From Acanthaster planci (Eukaryota): 64,000 nucleotides of DNA. Shown here piece after piece: positions 23,301-35,394 of the stretch. Where the stretch lies: the NCBI RefSeq assembly GCF_001949145.1, contig NW_019091362.1:832427-896426 (forward strand). The letters run 5' to 3'. Positions within the stretch are counted from its first letter, which is position 1, and each line of letters starts with the position of its first letter. A program made the translations under genes and the position numbers. The notes beneath the pieces are model-generated. The model did no database searches and had not been told where the DNA came from. It saw only the letters and a program-made list of their open reading frames with translations.

Positions 23301-26300
23301 CAACCATGAAGGTGATTGTGCTGCAGCAGCTCTTGCTAGCAAAAGTTATGCAGACGGGGATGTACAATAAAATCTTGATCACTTGAAGTCAGTTAATAAG
23401 TCAAAAGATTGTTTTATCTTGTAGGCCGACTATTTCTCGCCAAAAAAAAAGGCTCTTATGTACAAAAATACCTCCATAACTCGAAATGTCCACAACACTA
23501 CATCCAGTTATCTCAGAGTTTTTGTGAAGCTGATAAAAAAATCACAGCCAAATTGCTTCAAAAAAAAAAAAAAAACCTCCACAAGACCTTGGTTTGAGTC
23601 ATCCCATTCTAACCGCTTAGGTTGCATGCATGCCGTGCATGCATGCTGCATGGCACACGCACTGCGTACAGTACCCTGCACCACATGCAGCAAATCCTGC
23701 TTTCAGGCCAGCCCGACTGCTACCACAGACCCGTTCACCGACAGTCCAATTGCTGACTCTTTCCAATAACCACGTGACAACAAAAAGGGTTGTCATCAGA
23801 AAACCTAAGTGAAAACGAACCTGAAATTCTGTGGCATGTCACACTGAACACAATTGGCGAAGAGACAAAAGATATGCCACATAAAGGTACACCACTGAAG
23901 CAGTTGATTTTTTTATTTCACAGTAGAAAGAAACCTTTAGGTAACAACATTAAAAAAATCTCAGTAAAATGATTGTGTGCAAAAAAAAAAATTATGAGAA
24001 TGAATAAAAAGCGGGGAAAAATTATTAAAAATGTTGCTAGAGCAGAGCAAGTAAAGTTTAAGATGACGTACATGTACCCATTTCATGTGTACTCGGGGAG
24101 ACTTTATTTAGTCTTTGAGATTCGAGTTATCAGATGTAAATGGCAACCAACAAAAACACGACTGCACCACCAGCACATGGTACACGTGGCCAGGATGCAG
24201 CTTTTGTGACTGATTTTATCCTTCAAAGGTTGCCATATAAGCCGCCTGGTGCATAAGCTGCCGACATTTTTCTCCGTGAGAATCAACGTATAAGTCGCAG
24301 CTTACAGTCCAAAAATTACGGTAGCAAGAATGAATTACAAATAATGCTGAATCCTCCAGATTTCCCTAAGAATTTATTTAATAAGAATTGATCTAGAATA
24401 GTTCAGAATTAACCCGAATTAAAACAGAACTGTTCAAGAACAAAACCGCATACAGCCAAATTGAACTAGAATCATTCAGAATGAGTCAAGAATACCCAGA
24501 ATGCATCAAGGCTGAATACACACCAAAGTCATGTGATAAATCATTTTGCTAGTGTCGGTCTGATTCGGCTTCCAATTTGTACTTAGTTCATGACTATTCT
24601 TGCTTCATTCTAAAGTTATTCTCACAAACAGCAAATCAGGGCTAGTTTCTCAGATTAGAGTGTTCCTGGCAATAAGTCAGAAATGTGTGAACCTGGCATC
24701 AGCAAGGATCATCCCTTGTTGAATATGATGAAATGATCTTGACTGTTACCCCTCAAAGGGTGTGAGATTTAGGACGACCTCACTCCAGTGCATTACAGAA
24801 TTCCATAATAGTGGAAACCAATAGGGTACCACGAACCAAATGGGGAAATGCAAAATTGGGGGTTGCCAAAGATACGGGCATTTCTGTGCGTAACCTTTCC
24901 AGGCCTTTCTGAGGGTTGAATCTAATTTTGGGTTTTTTTTACATGCTTTTGGAAGGAAGAGAATGAACAAAAATGGTGCCCTAAAATAGCCTCAAATTAC
25001 TTTTTCATAAACAAAAAACAGGTTTTGCTTAGGGATGGGAACATGGCTCCCACTGTCCTCTCCCCCCCATTCCCACCTATGGTGGAAAATGGCAGTTTCA
25101 AATCTAAAATGTTCTGTTTCTGGCTCTGTAACCACCCACTTATGCACACTATTCTGATTACCATCTTATTCTGTGTCACGCTACACGCTTAAATCTCCAT
25201 GGTCTAGTTGCAGCCTCTTAACATACATGTACTTACCAAGGTCCTATTTGTGATGAGAACACCAGACTCCTCTGTCTCCAAATCCTTCCAGATAATGTTT
25301 TTGTAGTTATCCTTGTGCACATATTTACTCCCTGGTTGCAAAACACACATTTCCATTACTAGAGTAAGTTTCACATCTTGCATGTTAGATTTAACAAATT
25401 TTTTTCTCTGAAACAAATGTAAGAACTACGCCCAGAGAATCAACAACCAAAGGCAAAGCCGGACAAGTGTCCATTCTTGCCAAGGAGAAGGGGTGAGACG
25501 TATAAAAATTCTCAGGAGGAAATGGGAAACCACAGAATTGCTTTGGCACACAATTTTATGGGCACAGCAGAGGGTGAAACTGGACTACAAAGGTGTTCTG
25601 AAATCAGATTTTGATTTGCCATATTGGATCCCAGCCAAATGACCTGCCAACAAGCGTACTGTCAAATTCCTTCATGTATTTACCTAATACACTACCAATA
25701 TGCAAAGATTGCCATCAGAACGACAGTACATAAACCTTGACATCTTGTTGAAGAACAATTCAGATGATATGACTTAACACAATTGCTTCTGCTTTGACAA
25801 ATAAGGCAAATGATTGTAAAATATCTGATGTATAACTGTAATGTCACCATAACTGTAAAATCACCCTCTTGTGATGTACAGTACATGTACAACTGTAATG
25901 TCACCCTCTTGTGATGTACAACTGTAATGTCACCCTCTTGTGATGTACAACTGTAATGTCACCCTCTTATGATGTACAACTGTAATGTCACCCTCTTATG
26001 ATGTACAACTGTAAAATCACCCTCTTGTGATGTACAACTGTCATGTCACCCTCTTGTGATGTACAACTGTAATGTCACCCTCTTGTGATGTACAACTGTA
26101 AAATCACCCTCTTGTGATGTACAACTGTAATGTCACCCTCTTGTGATGTACAACTGTNNNNNNNNNNNNNNNNNNNNNNNNNNNNNNNNNNNNNNNNNNN
26201 NNNNNNNNNNNNNNNNNNNNNNNNNNNNNNNNNNNNNNNNNNNNNNNNNNNNNNNNNNNNNNNNNNNNNNNNNNNNNNNNNNNNNNNNNNNNNNNNNNNN

Positions 26301-27117
26301 NNNNNNNNNNNNNNNNNNNNNNNNNNNNNNNNNNNNNNNNNNNNNNNNNNNNNNNNNNNNNNNNNNNNNNNNNNNNNNNNNNNNNNNNNNNNNNNNNNNN
26401 NNNNNNNNNNNNNNNNNNNNNNNNNNNNNNNNNNNNNNNNNNNNNNNNNNNNNNNNNNNNNNNNNNNNNNNNNNNNNNNNNNNNNNNNNNNNNNNNNNNN
26501 NNNNNNNNNNNNNNNNNNNNNNNNNNNNNNNNNNNNNNNNNNNNNNNNNNNNNNNNNNNNNNNNNNNNNNNNNNNNNNNNNNNNNNNNNNNNNNNNNNNN
26601 NNNNNNNNNNGTGATGTACGACTGTCATGTCACCCTCTTATGATGTAAACTGTAATGTCACCCTCTTGTAATGTACAACTGTACTTGTCACCCTCTTATG
26701 ATGTACAACTGTACTGTCACCCTCTTGTGATGTACAACTGTCATGTCACCCTCTTATGATGTACAACTGTAATGTCACCCTCTTGTGATGTACGACTGTA
26801 ATGTCACCCTCGTATGATGTAAACTGTTATGTCACCCTCTCATGTTGTACAATTGTACTGTCACCCTCTTGTGATGTTCAACTGTAATGTCACCCTCTTA
26901 TGATGTACAACTGTAAAGTCACCCTCTTATGCAGCATATCAAACCATTTCATTTTTTTTGCGGGGGGGGAGTGATAAAGAAGGAAATGTTACAAATTAAA
27001 ACCTAATTTTCACTGTGTACCTACCGGACAGCCACTGCAAGTCATAGTGCTTGGGCTTGAATGTTTCATTGAAAATGTCATCAAACAGAAATTCCTTGGG
27101 CAAATACCAATCTTCAT
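11232..27117 (-). CDS. DPP4: Dipeptidyl peptidase 4-like serine protease (S9B), 16 visible coding exons, N-terminal/TM exon missing
   Basis: Exons 27025-27117, 25237-25331, 22520-22647, 21872-21956, 21237-21384, 19081-19333, 18308-18470, 17835-17948, 17130-17263, 16248-16775, 15446-15503, 14895-14994, 14393-14457, 13698-13770, 12791-12864, 11232-11360. All GT-AG and phase-consistent, 2240 nt in total. Motifs YRHSF, DWVYEEE, VYGGPGSQ, DGRGSG, GWSYGG, YTERYMG, HGTADDNVH, YPDQRH. The symbol is family-level; orthology was not tested. Confidence 0.93.
11953..12659. mobile_element. hAT-like non-autonomous DNA transposon (spans N gap)
   Basis: TIRs CAAGGGTGGATC...GATCCACCCTTG; degenerate 8-bp TSD AAAGTGAG/ACAATGAG (6/8). 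Confidence 0.65.
12791..12864 (-). CDS. DPP4-like exon (D)NVHFQNSADFVRALVQEEVVHRTQ
   Basis: 74 bp, TAG acceptor, GTAACT donor, phase 1 to 0. Confidence 0.9.
13698..13770 (-). CDS. DPP4-like exon HTNLSARAKNLKGLNYFLIHGTAD (catalytic Asp)
   Basis: 73 bp, GTGAGT donor, phase 0 to 1. Confidence 0.9.
13835..13981. repeat. Minisatellite, 6 copies of a 24-25 bp unit (CGGCTCRATCYGACTCCCATKCCC)
   Basis: Tandem copies read directly; the first four alternate between two variants. Confidence 0.9.
14393..14457 (-). CDS. DPP4-like exon (D)SIYTERYMGIPESCDNMEGYK
   Basis: 65 bp, CAG acceptor, GTATAA donor. Confidence 0.9.
14895..14994 (-). CDS. DPP4-like exon SYGGFAAAMALSRNDDIFKYAISVAPVTDFRYY (catalytic Ser)
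   Basis: 100 bp, TAG acceptor, GTAAGT donor. Confidence 0.92.
15446..15503 (-). CDS. DPP4-like exon (R)HILKKFEYINSTKIGIWGW
   Basis: 58 bp, AAG acceptor, GTAAGT donor; supplies GW of GWSYGG. Confidence 0.88.
16248..16775 (-). CDS. DPP4-like large exon (end of beta-propeller to start of hydrolase domain)
   Basis: 528 bp; matches ORF 16244..16774 (YYDASFSP, CLGP, VYGGPGSQ, DGRGSG, EVQDQ); GTAAGT donor. Confidence 0.93.
17130..17263 (-). CDS. DPP4-like exon QSPGKVTFLTQGRWEVTSIVAYSQSDKLVYYISTERSIRGRHLY
   Basis: CAGCAG tandem acceptor, GTACGC donor; LTxGxWEV and RHLY motifs. Confidence 0.88.
17555..17673 (-). mobile_element. tRNA-derived SINE 5' part
   Basis: Minus strand GGCATGGTGGCTAGTG (A-box-like)...GGGTTCGATTCCCAG (B box), continuing into a non-tRNA body (TTTGTTGGTTCT); no complete acceptor stem. 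Confidence 0.65.
17835..17948 (-). CDS. DPP4-like exon RGAPKFSEGSDQIDYVRILPQREGSHGNYYHVALVTTD
   Basis: 114 bp, phase 0-0, CAG/GTAAGT. Confidence 0.85.
18007..18065. mobile_element. 59-bp hairpin with TTAA ends and CCC/GGG termini (piggyBac-type micro-MITE)
   Basis: TTAACCCAAACAGTCCTCAATCCT-loop-AGGATTGAGGACTGCTGGGTTAA. Confidence 0.55.
18308..18470 (-). CDS. DPP4-like exon DYYYQHVVWVNSDIIAVTWLNRPQNYSVLTLCRVDSGNCQISYEFETPGGWVVD
   Basis: 163 bp; WLNRxQN and GWV motifs; CAG/GTGAGT. Confidence 0.9.
19081..19333 (-). CDS. DPP4-like exon (E)ELLSSDNAIYWSPDGTKIAYASFNDS...YPKAGYENP...VPPGSISN
   Basis: 253 bp; WSPDG and YPKAG motifs. Confidence 0.92.
19781..20841. mobile_element. hAT-like non-autonomous element (~1.06 kb)
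   Basis: Imperfect TIRs CAGGGCTCAAAAT / ATTTCAAGTCCTG; interior richer in CpG than its flanks; TSD not clear. Confidence 0.5.
21237..21384 (-). CDS. DPP4-like exon IYVYKNNMYY...GVIFHGIPDWVYE
   Basis: 148 bp; GxPDWVYEEE motif; CAG/GTATGT. Confidence 0.92.
21872..21956 (-). CDS. DPP4-like exon ASVGLTAPGLKEPVDLRYAAWAPVGSGL
   Basis: 85 bp; phase 2 to 0; CAG/GTAAGG. Confidence 0.88.
22520..22647 (-). CDS. DPP4-like exon SEEDATKFWVNSDMTYILLACNIKNLYRHSFYAQYKLYNLEK
   Basis: 128 bp; YRHSF motif (Arg125 equivalent); CAG/GTAAGT. Confidence 0.9.
23170..24323. mobile_element. Tc1/mariner-superfamily non-autonomous element
   Basis: TA at both ends; ends TACTGTTATCTTTGAAATATAAGCTGC vs reverse complement TACCGTAATTTTTGGACTGTAAGCTGC (21/27); repeated subterminal TATAAGCCGC motifs near 23252, 23269, 24236 and 24288. 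Confidence 0.7.
25237..25331 (-). CDS. DPP4-like exon (G)SKYVHKDNYKNIIWKDLETEESGVLITNRTL
   Basis: 95 bp; phase 1 to 0; CAG/GTAAGT. Confidence 0.85.
25828..26930. repeat. 29-bp minisatellite (TGATGTACAACTGTAATGTCACCCTCTTG)n spanning N gap
   Basis: About 10 visible copies on each side of gap 26158-26610, head-to-tail with no unique spacers. Confidence 0.95.
27025..27117 (-). CDS. DPP4-like first visible exon (D)EDWYLPKEFLFDDIFNETFKPKHYDLQWLS
   Basis: 93 bp, phase 1-1, CAG/GTAGGT; resembles the post-TM stalk exon of DPP4/DPP6/DPP10. Confidence 0.85.
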
Positions 27118-27509
27118 CTGCAAACAAACCAACAATAACAATTACTGAAAACAAAACTTTGTTTATGAAAACATGCAAACATATTCCCACAACAGCTCGT
27201 CTTTAATGCTCACATTTGGATTTCACAAAAAACACTGATCAATTTTTTTTCTAAAACTCAATATTGTAAACAGACTCTTTGGGAACCACATCAAAGGCCA
27301 ATTATTGGTCACTGGAGTCATTTAGTTGTGGGAGAATAAGGGATCCGTTCGTGGATTTGTTGAAGAAATTATTTAATCTAGAGATTAAAAAAAACAGCAA
27401 ATCTACTGAAAAAATTACCATAATGCACTCACAATTTAGGCATGCACAGTGAAAGAGTGCTATATTTAATATACAGCATCAAACCAAGCATGCGTGTTAA
27501 ATAACTTCC

Positions 27510-27569
27510 GTTGCCATGGAAAACCTTTGCAAGTTGCCATGGCAACCAAATGAACATTACCATGGTAAC
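27510..27569. promoter_or_regulatory. Three RFX X-box-like palindromes at 23-bp spacing
   Basis: GTTGCCATGGAAAAC (27510), GTTGCCATGGCAAC (27533, perfect palindrome), ATTACCATGGTAAC (27556). Confidence 0.55.
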
Positions 27570-29444
27570 ATGAATAATGGATTGGGGACACAAGGCGGAG
27601 TAATGGGGGAGTGAGACATAGGGTCACATGGTCACATGCAAACATGGGACTGCGTATAGTTAAGACAAATGTTATATGCATTGATTTTTTATAGAGAATG
27701 AACACAGGGAACTATCACTATTGCTATAGATTGTCAGGGAGTACTTAGCTAAAATCCTGGTTATTCCTCTGACAATATTTTAGAGGTATGAAACTAAACA
27801 GTACTAAGGTATTACTGCTCGTAAACATATATTATTTCCCTTCACAACACACACCAGTAGGCCTTGCCTTATACATGTATGTGTACATGTATGTAATACA
27901 CGTAGTAGTCCATAGATGTCTTCATGTACAGTACATGTCTGCATGGATTTACTTGGCAAAATTTTCATAGAAATTTAAGGTGCATCCTTTTTTCTGTGAA
28001 TGTAATTCAATAACAGTATCCATTCTGTAATTTAATGTGTGTGAAAAATCTGCTATCCAGCATCCAGAGCATCTACATCAACGCGTGTATGATTCCAATC
28101 ATGCATTTAGTACACAAATTTTAAAGACTCAACCTGCAAATGTCAAAACATTGAAAAAATGTCAAAAATATTGAAATTCTCTGTACAACATGTACGTGTG
28201 TATGTAGCACACAGCCGCCCCCAGCATCAAATTCCACCCTGGTCTATGTCAGTCCATAATAAGTGTAACCATCTTGCACTTGGCAAATGTGTACAAGTAC
28301 GGGGTTGGTTTTTGGATGGTTCCCATCTCAAAACTGATTAAACAATCCTCATATTTTTAAACAAGACCTCCATATTAGCAAAAGTGTGTCTAGCTACCTA
28401 AGCGTACACGTATGTATGTATGGCATGGCAACAGTGCAGCTTCCAAAAACACAAACACATGGGAATGCTGTGACGCAGTGATGAGACGACCATTCAAATA
28501 AAAATCAAACAACTTGGAGGAGTGACACCTGTGAAGTGCAAAACTTGTAACATGCAACTTTTTGTAAGTGCAAGGAGTTTTTTATGCATAGTTTGATGGG
28601 AAAGCCTGGTTTTCACTTCACACAAATTTGGGATCAAACTGAAATTCATTTGGGTAACAGAGGTTGGGAAATGTCAAAATGATACAATTAATCATGAAAA
28701 AATAATGAAAGAAAAAAATGAAATATGCTTCATGTTTACTTTTGCTTTGAGCATGAAACATCTTTCACTTTTCTCTAAAAAAAATACGTATATGATATAA
28801 GGACGCATCTACCCATTTGCTTCAACTACACGCATCAATGGACTGAACATGCAATAGAGATAGAGATGTAAATCCACAAGAACAACGTGGTTAAAAATGA
28901 CAAAATTCAAGGTACCGTACGGTACATGTATATTGTTTTAATAGATTTATACGGATTCACAATAACGAAGAAAATGTGTTGGAGTCAACATTGGCTATTT
29001 CAGTTAGAGGGAAACTGAAATATTTACCAGCACATTATGATCCTCCTTCACAGAGGACTGTGGGTACATGTCTAGAATTCAATAGCCAGATTAATGAGCT
29101 GTATTGCATTGTGTACCATACAATGCACTTGGGTGTGATGAAGTTATTTTAAGGATTATTTTTTGGGGGGAGAGGTGATTATAGAAAAAGGTATTTTGAA
29201 TAGGAACAATTCCCTAGAGAACTTGTATGATTTCTTAGAACCGTTGCAAAAATGGGAGAATGTACTCAATTCATAAAATATATGAACATCTTGCAAACAT
29301 TGCTGTGACTATATAAAATAACAAATTTTAACTTTTTTCTGGGGAGGATCTGTAACTCAGGATGGACAGACTACCAATTATTTTCCTGCTTACTTTCCTC
29401 ATTTAGATTTTTTTCCTTTTTTGGGGGGGGGGGGAAGTATGAAA

Positions 29445-29579
29445 AAGGTTTGGATAGGCATGGTGCAGGCTGAAGAAAAGGTATGTATCTGCTATATGTC
29501 CAAATGAAGGTTTGGATAGGCATGGTGCAGGCTGAAGAAAAGGTATGTATCTGCTATATGTCCAAATGAAGGTTTGGAT
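29445..29579. repeat. 62-bp tandem duplication
   Basis: AAGGTTTGGATAGGCATGGTGCAGGCTGAAGAAAAGGTATGTATCTGCTATATGTCCAAATG twice, identical. Confidence 0.9.
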
Positions 29580-32500
29580 GTTGGATACACTGCACACCTG
29601 TGAACAGGATATCATAAAATGTATATAAAGTTGAAAACTTTCACCCCCCAAAAAAGATCATGTGAAGATAAAATTTCAGAGGCGATTTACAACTGTTTCA
29701 TTGCAAGGTGTGCACCCTTTGCATCCTACACCTCTGAATCCTCCCTACACCCATGGTATTAATGAACCATTGTTATGGTTTGGAAACCAACATCCATGGC
29801 ACACCAAATGATGATACGTTAATCCATCATGAACCAACACTTTCTAACCAAGTTAGGGGGCTGCAAGACGGCATTTTTGGGAAGCCAACTAAACCAAACA
29901 CATTTTTATTTAAAGATCTGGCATCATTTTTGGAGTTGAACCCAAACTGTCAGACAGCATCCCTTTTTACAGTGATAGGGAATTTTGACAAAATAATGCA
30001 GGTAGGAATTATTAGTAATACCTGGGGTAGTACAGATAACCATGCAACATTAAAATGCATAGCAATGTTAATAACCTAGTCGATGGATCATAAATACATA
30101 CAGCAATGATGTGCGGTACATTTTAAGAAGTTACCAACAGAGACTGTCAATAGAAAAACGAACAGGTCACTCAAATGGTGATTGAAGCAGTCATCAAAAT
30201 CAGATTAAAATTGAATGAGTAGAATTCTTTGGTTTCCAAAACAAAAATCCATTTCTGATAAAACTGAACCAAAAGGCATGGGTGAGGCACATCAAAGATA
30301 CATGTATCATAAAAAGAAAATGACAACACATGATGGTTGGGATTGAGGGAAAGAAATGCTTCATTACCATGGTAACATTTACCCAATCAGCAAGGAACTG
30401 TAACAATCTTAGTGAAAACTGAGTCAGTTGAACGCTATCAATTTCATTCTTTTTTTAGCGTTAAAAGCTCATCTGAAATTTGCAGTTATTTAGCGTCCTA
30501 ATCTAAACAAAGAAACGACATCACTTGGAGTTTGAAAATAAAATACAAGAAGTCTGAAACTGGAAGAAGTTGGAGCAAATGGCGAAAGGCGAAGTGTTGT
30601 TTTGGTACTTACGCACATAAAGTTATTTTGATGACCAGATGAGTTTCATGTAGCAAGGTCATGGAAACAGCGAAGAAAAGTACAATTTAAAAAGAAATAG
30701 CCAATAGGGAAAGAGTAGACAAATAAAAACTCTCAAGCAAAACACAGCATTGAATTTTTCTAACAAAGTATGTGATTGGTTCAATGCACGGCAGGTTAAG
30801 GGACACTGCAGCTGAAGAACAGGACCTGTGATTGGATAAAGATCCCAACAGAGGTAGCCTTACATCCATGGATCAATTCACCACTGGTAACTGGACAAAA
30901 TATTATTACTTTATTCCAACCAGCTACACATTCAAATACTTGCATAACCTGCGTTCAAATCAAATAAAAAATGTACAAAAATAATTCACTTAAGTAGGTT
31001 AGTGACATGACTAAGACAATATACACATGTACATACTAAGTTGTGGTAATGATACTGATGGTTATAATGAACTGTTAGCAAAATGTTACTGTACAAACAA
31101 CAATTTCAGGTGGAATGGTGTTTCACAATAACTTTGTGCATGGTTTGTGACTTCTTGCAAATCTTTGACAAGCNNNNNNNNNNNNNNNNNNNNNNNNNNN
31201 NNNNNNNNNNNNNNNNNNNNNNNNNNNNNNNNNNNNNNNNNNNNNNNNNNNNNNNNNNNNNNNNNNNNNNNNNNNNNNNNNNNNNNNNNNNNNNNNNNNN
31301 NNNNNNNNNNNNNNNNNNNNNNNNNNNNNNNNNNNNNNNNNNNNNNNNNNNNNNNNNNNNNNNNNNNNNNNNNNNNNNNNNNNNNNNNNNNNNNNNNNNN
31401 NNNNNNNNNNNNNNNNNNNNNNNNNNNNNNNNNNNNNNNNNNNNNNNNNNNNNNNNNNNNNNNNNNNNNNNNNNNNNNNNNNNNNNNNNNNNNNNNNNNN
31501 NNNNNNNNNNNNNNNNNNNNNNNNNNNNNNNNNNNNNNNNNNNNNNNNNNNNNNNNNNNNNNNNNNNNNNNNNNNNNNNNNNNNNNNNNNNNNNNNNNNN
31601 NNNNNNNNNNNNNNNNNNNNNNNNNNNNNNNNNNNNNNNNNNNNNNNNNNNNNNNNNNNNNNNNNNNNNNNNNNNNNNNNNNNNNNNNNNNNNNNNNNNN
31701 NNNNNNNNNNNNNNNNNNNNNNNNNNNNNNNNNNNNNNNNNNNNNNNNNNNNNNNNNNNNNNNNNNNNNNNNNNNNNNNNNNNNNNNNNNNNNNNNNNNN
31801 NNNNNNNNNNNNNNNNNNNNNNNNNNNNNNNNNNNNNNNNNNNNNNNNNNNNNNNNNNNNNNNNNNNNNNNNNNNNNNNNNNNNNNNNNNNNNNNNNNNN
31901 NNNNNNNNNNNNNNNNNNNNNNNNNNNNNNNNNNNNNNNNNNNNNNNNNNNNNNNNNNNNNNNNNNNNNNNNNNNNNNAAGGGTATGAATGTGCAAGAAA
32001 TGGTATGCTGTACATTACATGTATGATGTTAACATTTCATTCTGAATATGAAACAACCTCCACTGTTTGATAAGGCAAAGATTCACGAGGAAGACATGAA
32101 CATGCAAATTCTGGGCACTGATTTCTAAACAGATAATATGGGTGCTGGACAGACACTAAGGCAAATGGATATACACGTAGGAGGCATGACTGAGGAAATT
32201 TATGTTTTAGGAAGACAGTGTTGTAGAGGTTTATGATTAATAAGAAGCGTAATGGATACTAAGCTGAACTGAAAGGACATTGTAACTTTCACCAAAGAGG
32301 GTATTGGTTTGAGGTGCATGAATAGGGTGAAGGAAACGAATTCAAAAGTCCCTGACCAACACTTTAATGGGCACAGGCAAGGAAGTATTTTAGATGCACA
32401 TTTTGTGCAACCTTACACTTTCTTCAATGTATGAAAAAAGCTTGGCGTCATTTTGGTGTTGAGTATATTCAAAAGTGCAATTTTTTCACATTTAAAACTG

Positions 32501-33184
32501 TGCGTGGTTTTCTTGACAACAAAAGCCGCTTCTGTTGTGATGTCAATTAGGTACAGTTACTACTCAATTTATTGGTTTTGTGTTCAATTCGTGAAACGAA
32601 ATGTTGCTCACTGGGAATGTATTTCAGAAATGGATGCTCACTGGCTTGTTGTCATACACAAGCAACAATGAATAAACAAGAAATGAAAATTTAGAACTGC
32701 AAAAGAAAAGCAATTCAGCCACATCTGTGAATCAATCAATGCAACATTGAGATTTCCTCCCTGGAATGACATTACAGTTCTGCTCATGATTATGGAAATC
32801 ACATGAAACTTATACAAAAAAGGCACCAAAATGCCATTTGAAATAACAAAACAAATGCTTGGATCGCTGTCCCAAAATAACATACAGTGTATGTAAAACA
32901 CAACCAATTGTGACGTAATTAACAACACTATGCTAAGTACGGTAGGGTATACATGTATAATGGTGCAAGTGTGTTGATGAAACACACACCAAGGACAAGT
33001 GTGTATGATCACTGCTGTGTATTCCGTACATGTAGTATGAGAAAACACCTATATGAACATACACATGACACACGCACACCTACACGTATGAAGGATGCGG
33101 ATGGCATCTCAACTATGCATGCATAATGCAAATCGGGTCAGTGCAGAATCTACATGAACGTTTGGTACCAACAATTTTGCAGAA

Positions 33185-33343
33185 AGGTCGGTTCATACTC
33201 GGTGCGAAAGCAAACACGAACGAGTGATGTCGTGATCTAATATTCGAGTTGCAAATTTGTAAAAGTTGAACACATTTTTTGCAAATTTTTTGTGACGTCA
33301 AATTTGCTTCATTTTTGCATTTACCTGAAGTATGAACTGGCCT
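33185..33343. mobile_element. MITE, possibly PIF/Harbinger-type
   Basis: TIRs AGGTCGGTTCATACT / AGTATGAACTGGCCT (13/15). Confidence 0.55.
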
Positions 33344-34061
33344 GAACTGGCTAACTGAACCGCAGATTTGGTTTAATAACACTGTCAAATGCATATACAT
33401 GCACAGGAAGAGACATACAAGTACATGTCTGTGTAATGTCCAGTGAACAGAGAGCCTGTTGTCCAAAAACTGACTTATGTTTCCACGACAACAGTTGCCT
33501 TTATTCCATTTTTGACATTTTGCTAAAAAGACAACCACACAGCAATGCCGATCAATTCAAATATAAAAAACCTGTGTGAAAATTATGTGTGGGCAAGATA
33601 TGTGGACACTTTGAATGGTACCATCATAAACACCCCAATCAGGTAAACTGACCTTTATTAATAATTACTACAAGTATTATTAGGTCCCACTGATGGTCTT
33701 ACATGTAGGCCACCACTGCCATTAGCCTGAACACTGGAGAAATAATAGCCTGGTAACTGACTAGACACAGTAATCAGCGCAGGACTCAATGGGTATACAC
33801 CATATCCAAGGCTTTTAAACAGAGCTTCCTTTCCATGGATAATTTGTGGGATTTAAGAAAAAAGGAACAAATGGGACAACACAGAAAACCACAGTTTGAG
33901 ATGATGCTGAATATGTCTGTATGGTAGTTTTGAATCCACAGACTTATTTACAATGAAATGTGAAAGGTACATGTAAATGCCCTAACAAGGTGTCACCATT
34001 AAAATTCCATATTTTTACTATCTGATGTTTAATGTGGGTTATTTAATAGCAACAGTGTATT

Positions 34062-34284
34062 TGGGTAATTCCAGAATAAGGGGTCAAAAAGTGTGACTTT
34101 TCGTGTCTAACCTTTGTTATTTGAGATGGAAATATCACCGGAATTGATTTCAAACTAATTTTTGATTTCAAACTAAATTTGTTTGGCAGGCAATTTGCAT
34201 TAATTCACCTCTCAATTAGAAAATGTGTTCTGAACTTACAATATTATATAAAAAAAATGGACCCCTAATTTCTGGAATTACCCA
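34062..34284. mobile_element. MITE family A, copy 1
   Basis: TIRs TGGGTAATTCCAGAA...TTCTGGAATTACCCA; homologous inverted copy at 45243-45490. Confidence 0.8.
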
Positions 34285-35394
34285 TTCGCTGCTGTCTGTA
34301 TTTTTAAATTGTTCTGTATCGTGATGTGTATTCTTTATTGCAATGCCAAATAAAAAAATACTAATAACAATAACTATGAGTAAAGTATGTACTGGTACCG
34401 GGACATGTCACATAAAAAGGCACTCACTATTACAACTGGATGCAATGCTCATTTGAAACTGTTTCCAAACAAAAGTAGATGTAATTTGTTTGCACAATTA
34501 AAGGCCCTTGCTACCATATGTGGGGTGCATGGTTCCAGTGTGCACATCGCATCTTTGCTCTATCGGTCAGTGATAGTTGCTGTCTCAAGACGTTCACTCT
34601 TGTATGACGTCTATTGACGTCAATATATTTAGCGAAGAGGAATAATACCTCCTACATGTAGCTCTGAACGGAGGATATTTCCAAAAGACATATATGAGAA
34701 CTTGCACAGCAGAACATGCAGCCCATAATACGTAAGCTCCAAGCCACTGTCATATTTCACGTTCAATATTTATGTGTAGCTGGAATTACTTCAGCCATAA
34801 CATAAACAGTACGAATGGGTTTTTGATGGATTTAAAATTTTGAGTCACAGGGCCATTGGTGAAAAATAATACGGTACTGACGTCGTGGTTAATTTCTTTT
34901 CAAGAGAGTTGATAAATCAATATTTTAGAGCAACTTGGCCAGGTCTGATAATTAGATGTAATGAAGGTCAAGGTCATTGAATAAATCAATAACAGCCTTC
35001 TTAATTGAAGAGGGCTTCAAACACGTAAATCCTGCAGAGATGTTACTACATGTTTCTTAGCATCATCTTTCCAGTGAACTAAATGAGACTACATGTTTAC
35101 AGCAGTGAGATATGTTTGCACAATTTAAAATGCAGAGTGAGGCCAAATATGAAAACAAAAGGAAAAGCAGAACAAGGCAATGAATGCAAACAACTGAATG
35201 CCAAGCCACGATTAAGTTCAGCTGCAAACCAGTGATTGGACAAATATATAGATGAGTGGTCTTGTTGACCAGCCAATGATTGGCCAGTGAGCCAATTAAC
35301 TACTATGGAACCCTATAGTGCCTCCACTTGCTGGAGGAAATTACTGTGCTTGGCTTGCAGCTAACAGGCTAGTTGTTTGGCTGGCCTGCTCTGG

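Noticed and set aside
25828..26930. 29-bp repeats of CRISPR-like length
   Set aside because: Head-to-tail units with no unique spacers, in a eukaryotic intron, no cas genes: a minisatellite
29028..29057. 30-bp CAG/GTAAAT-flanked micro-exon on - (SSVKEDHNVL)
   Set aside because: Has a stop in the phase needed to join exon 27117; weak polypyrimidine tract
30612..30663. GTAAGT donors on - at ~30612 (and ~52400) with short upstream ATG frames
   Set aside because: Wrong phase or unconvincing peptides in AT-rich context; expected by chance
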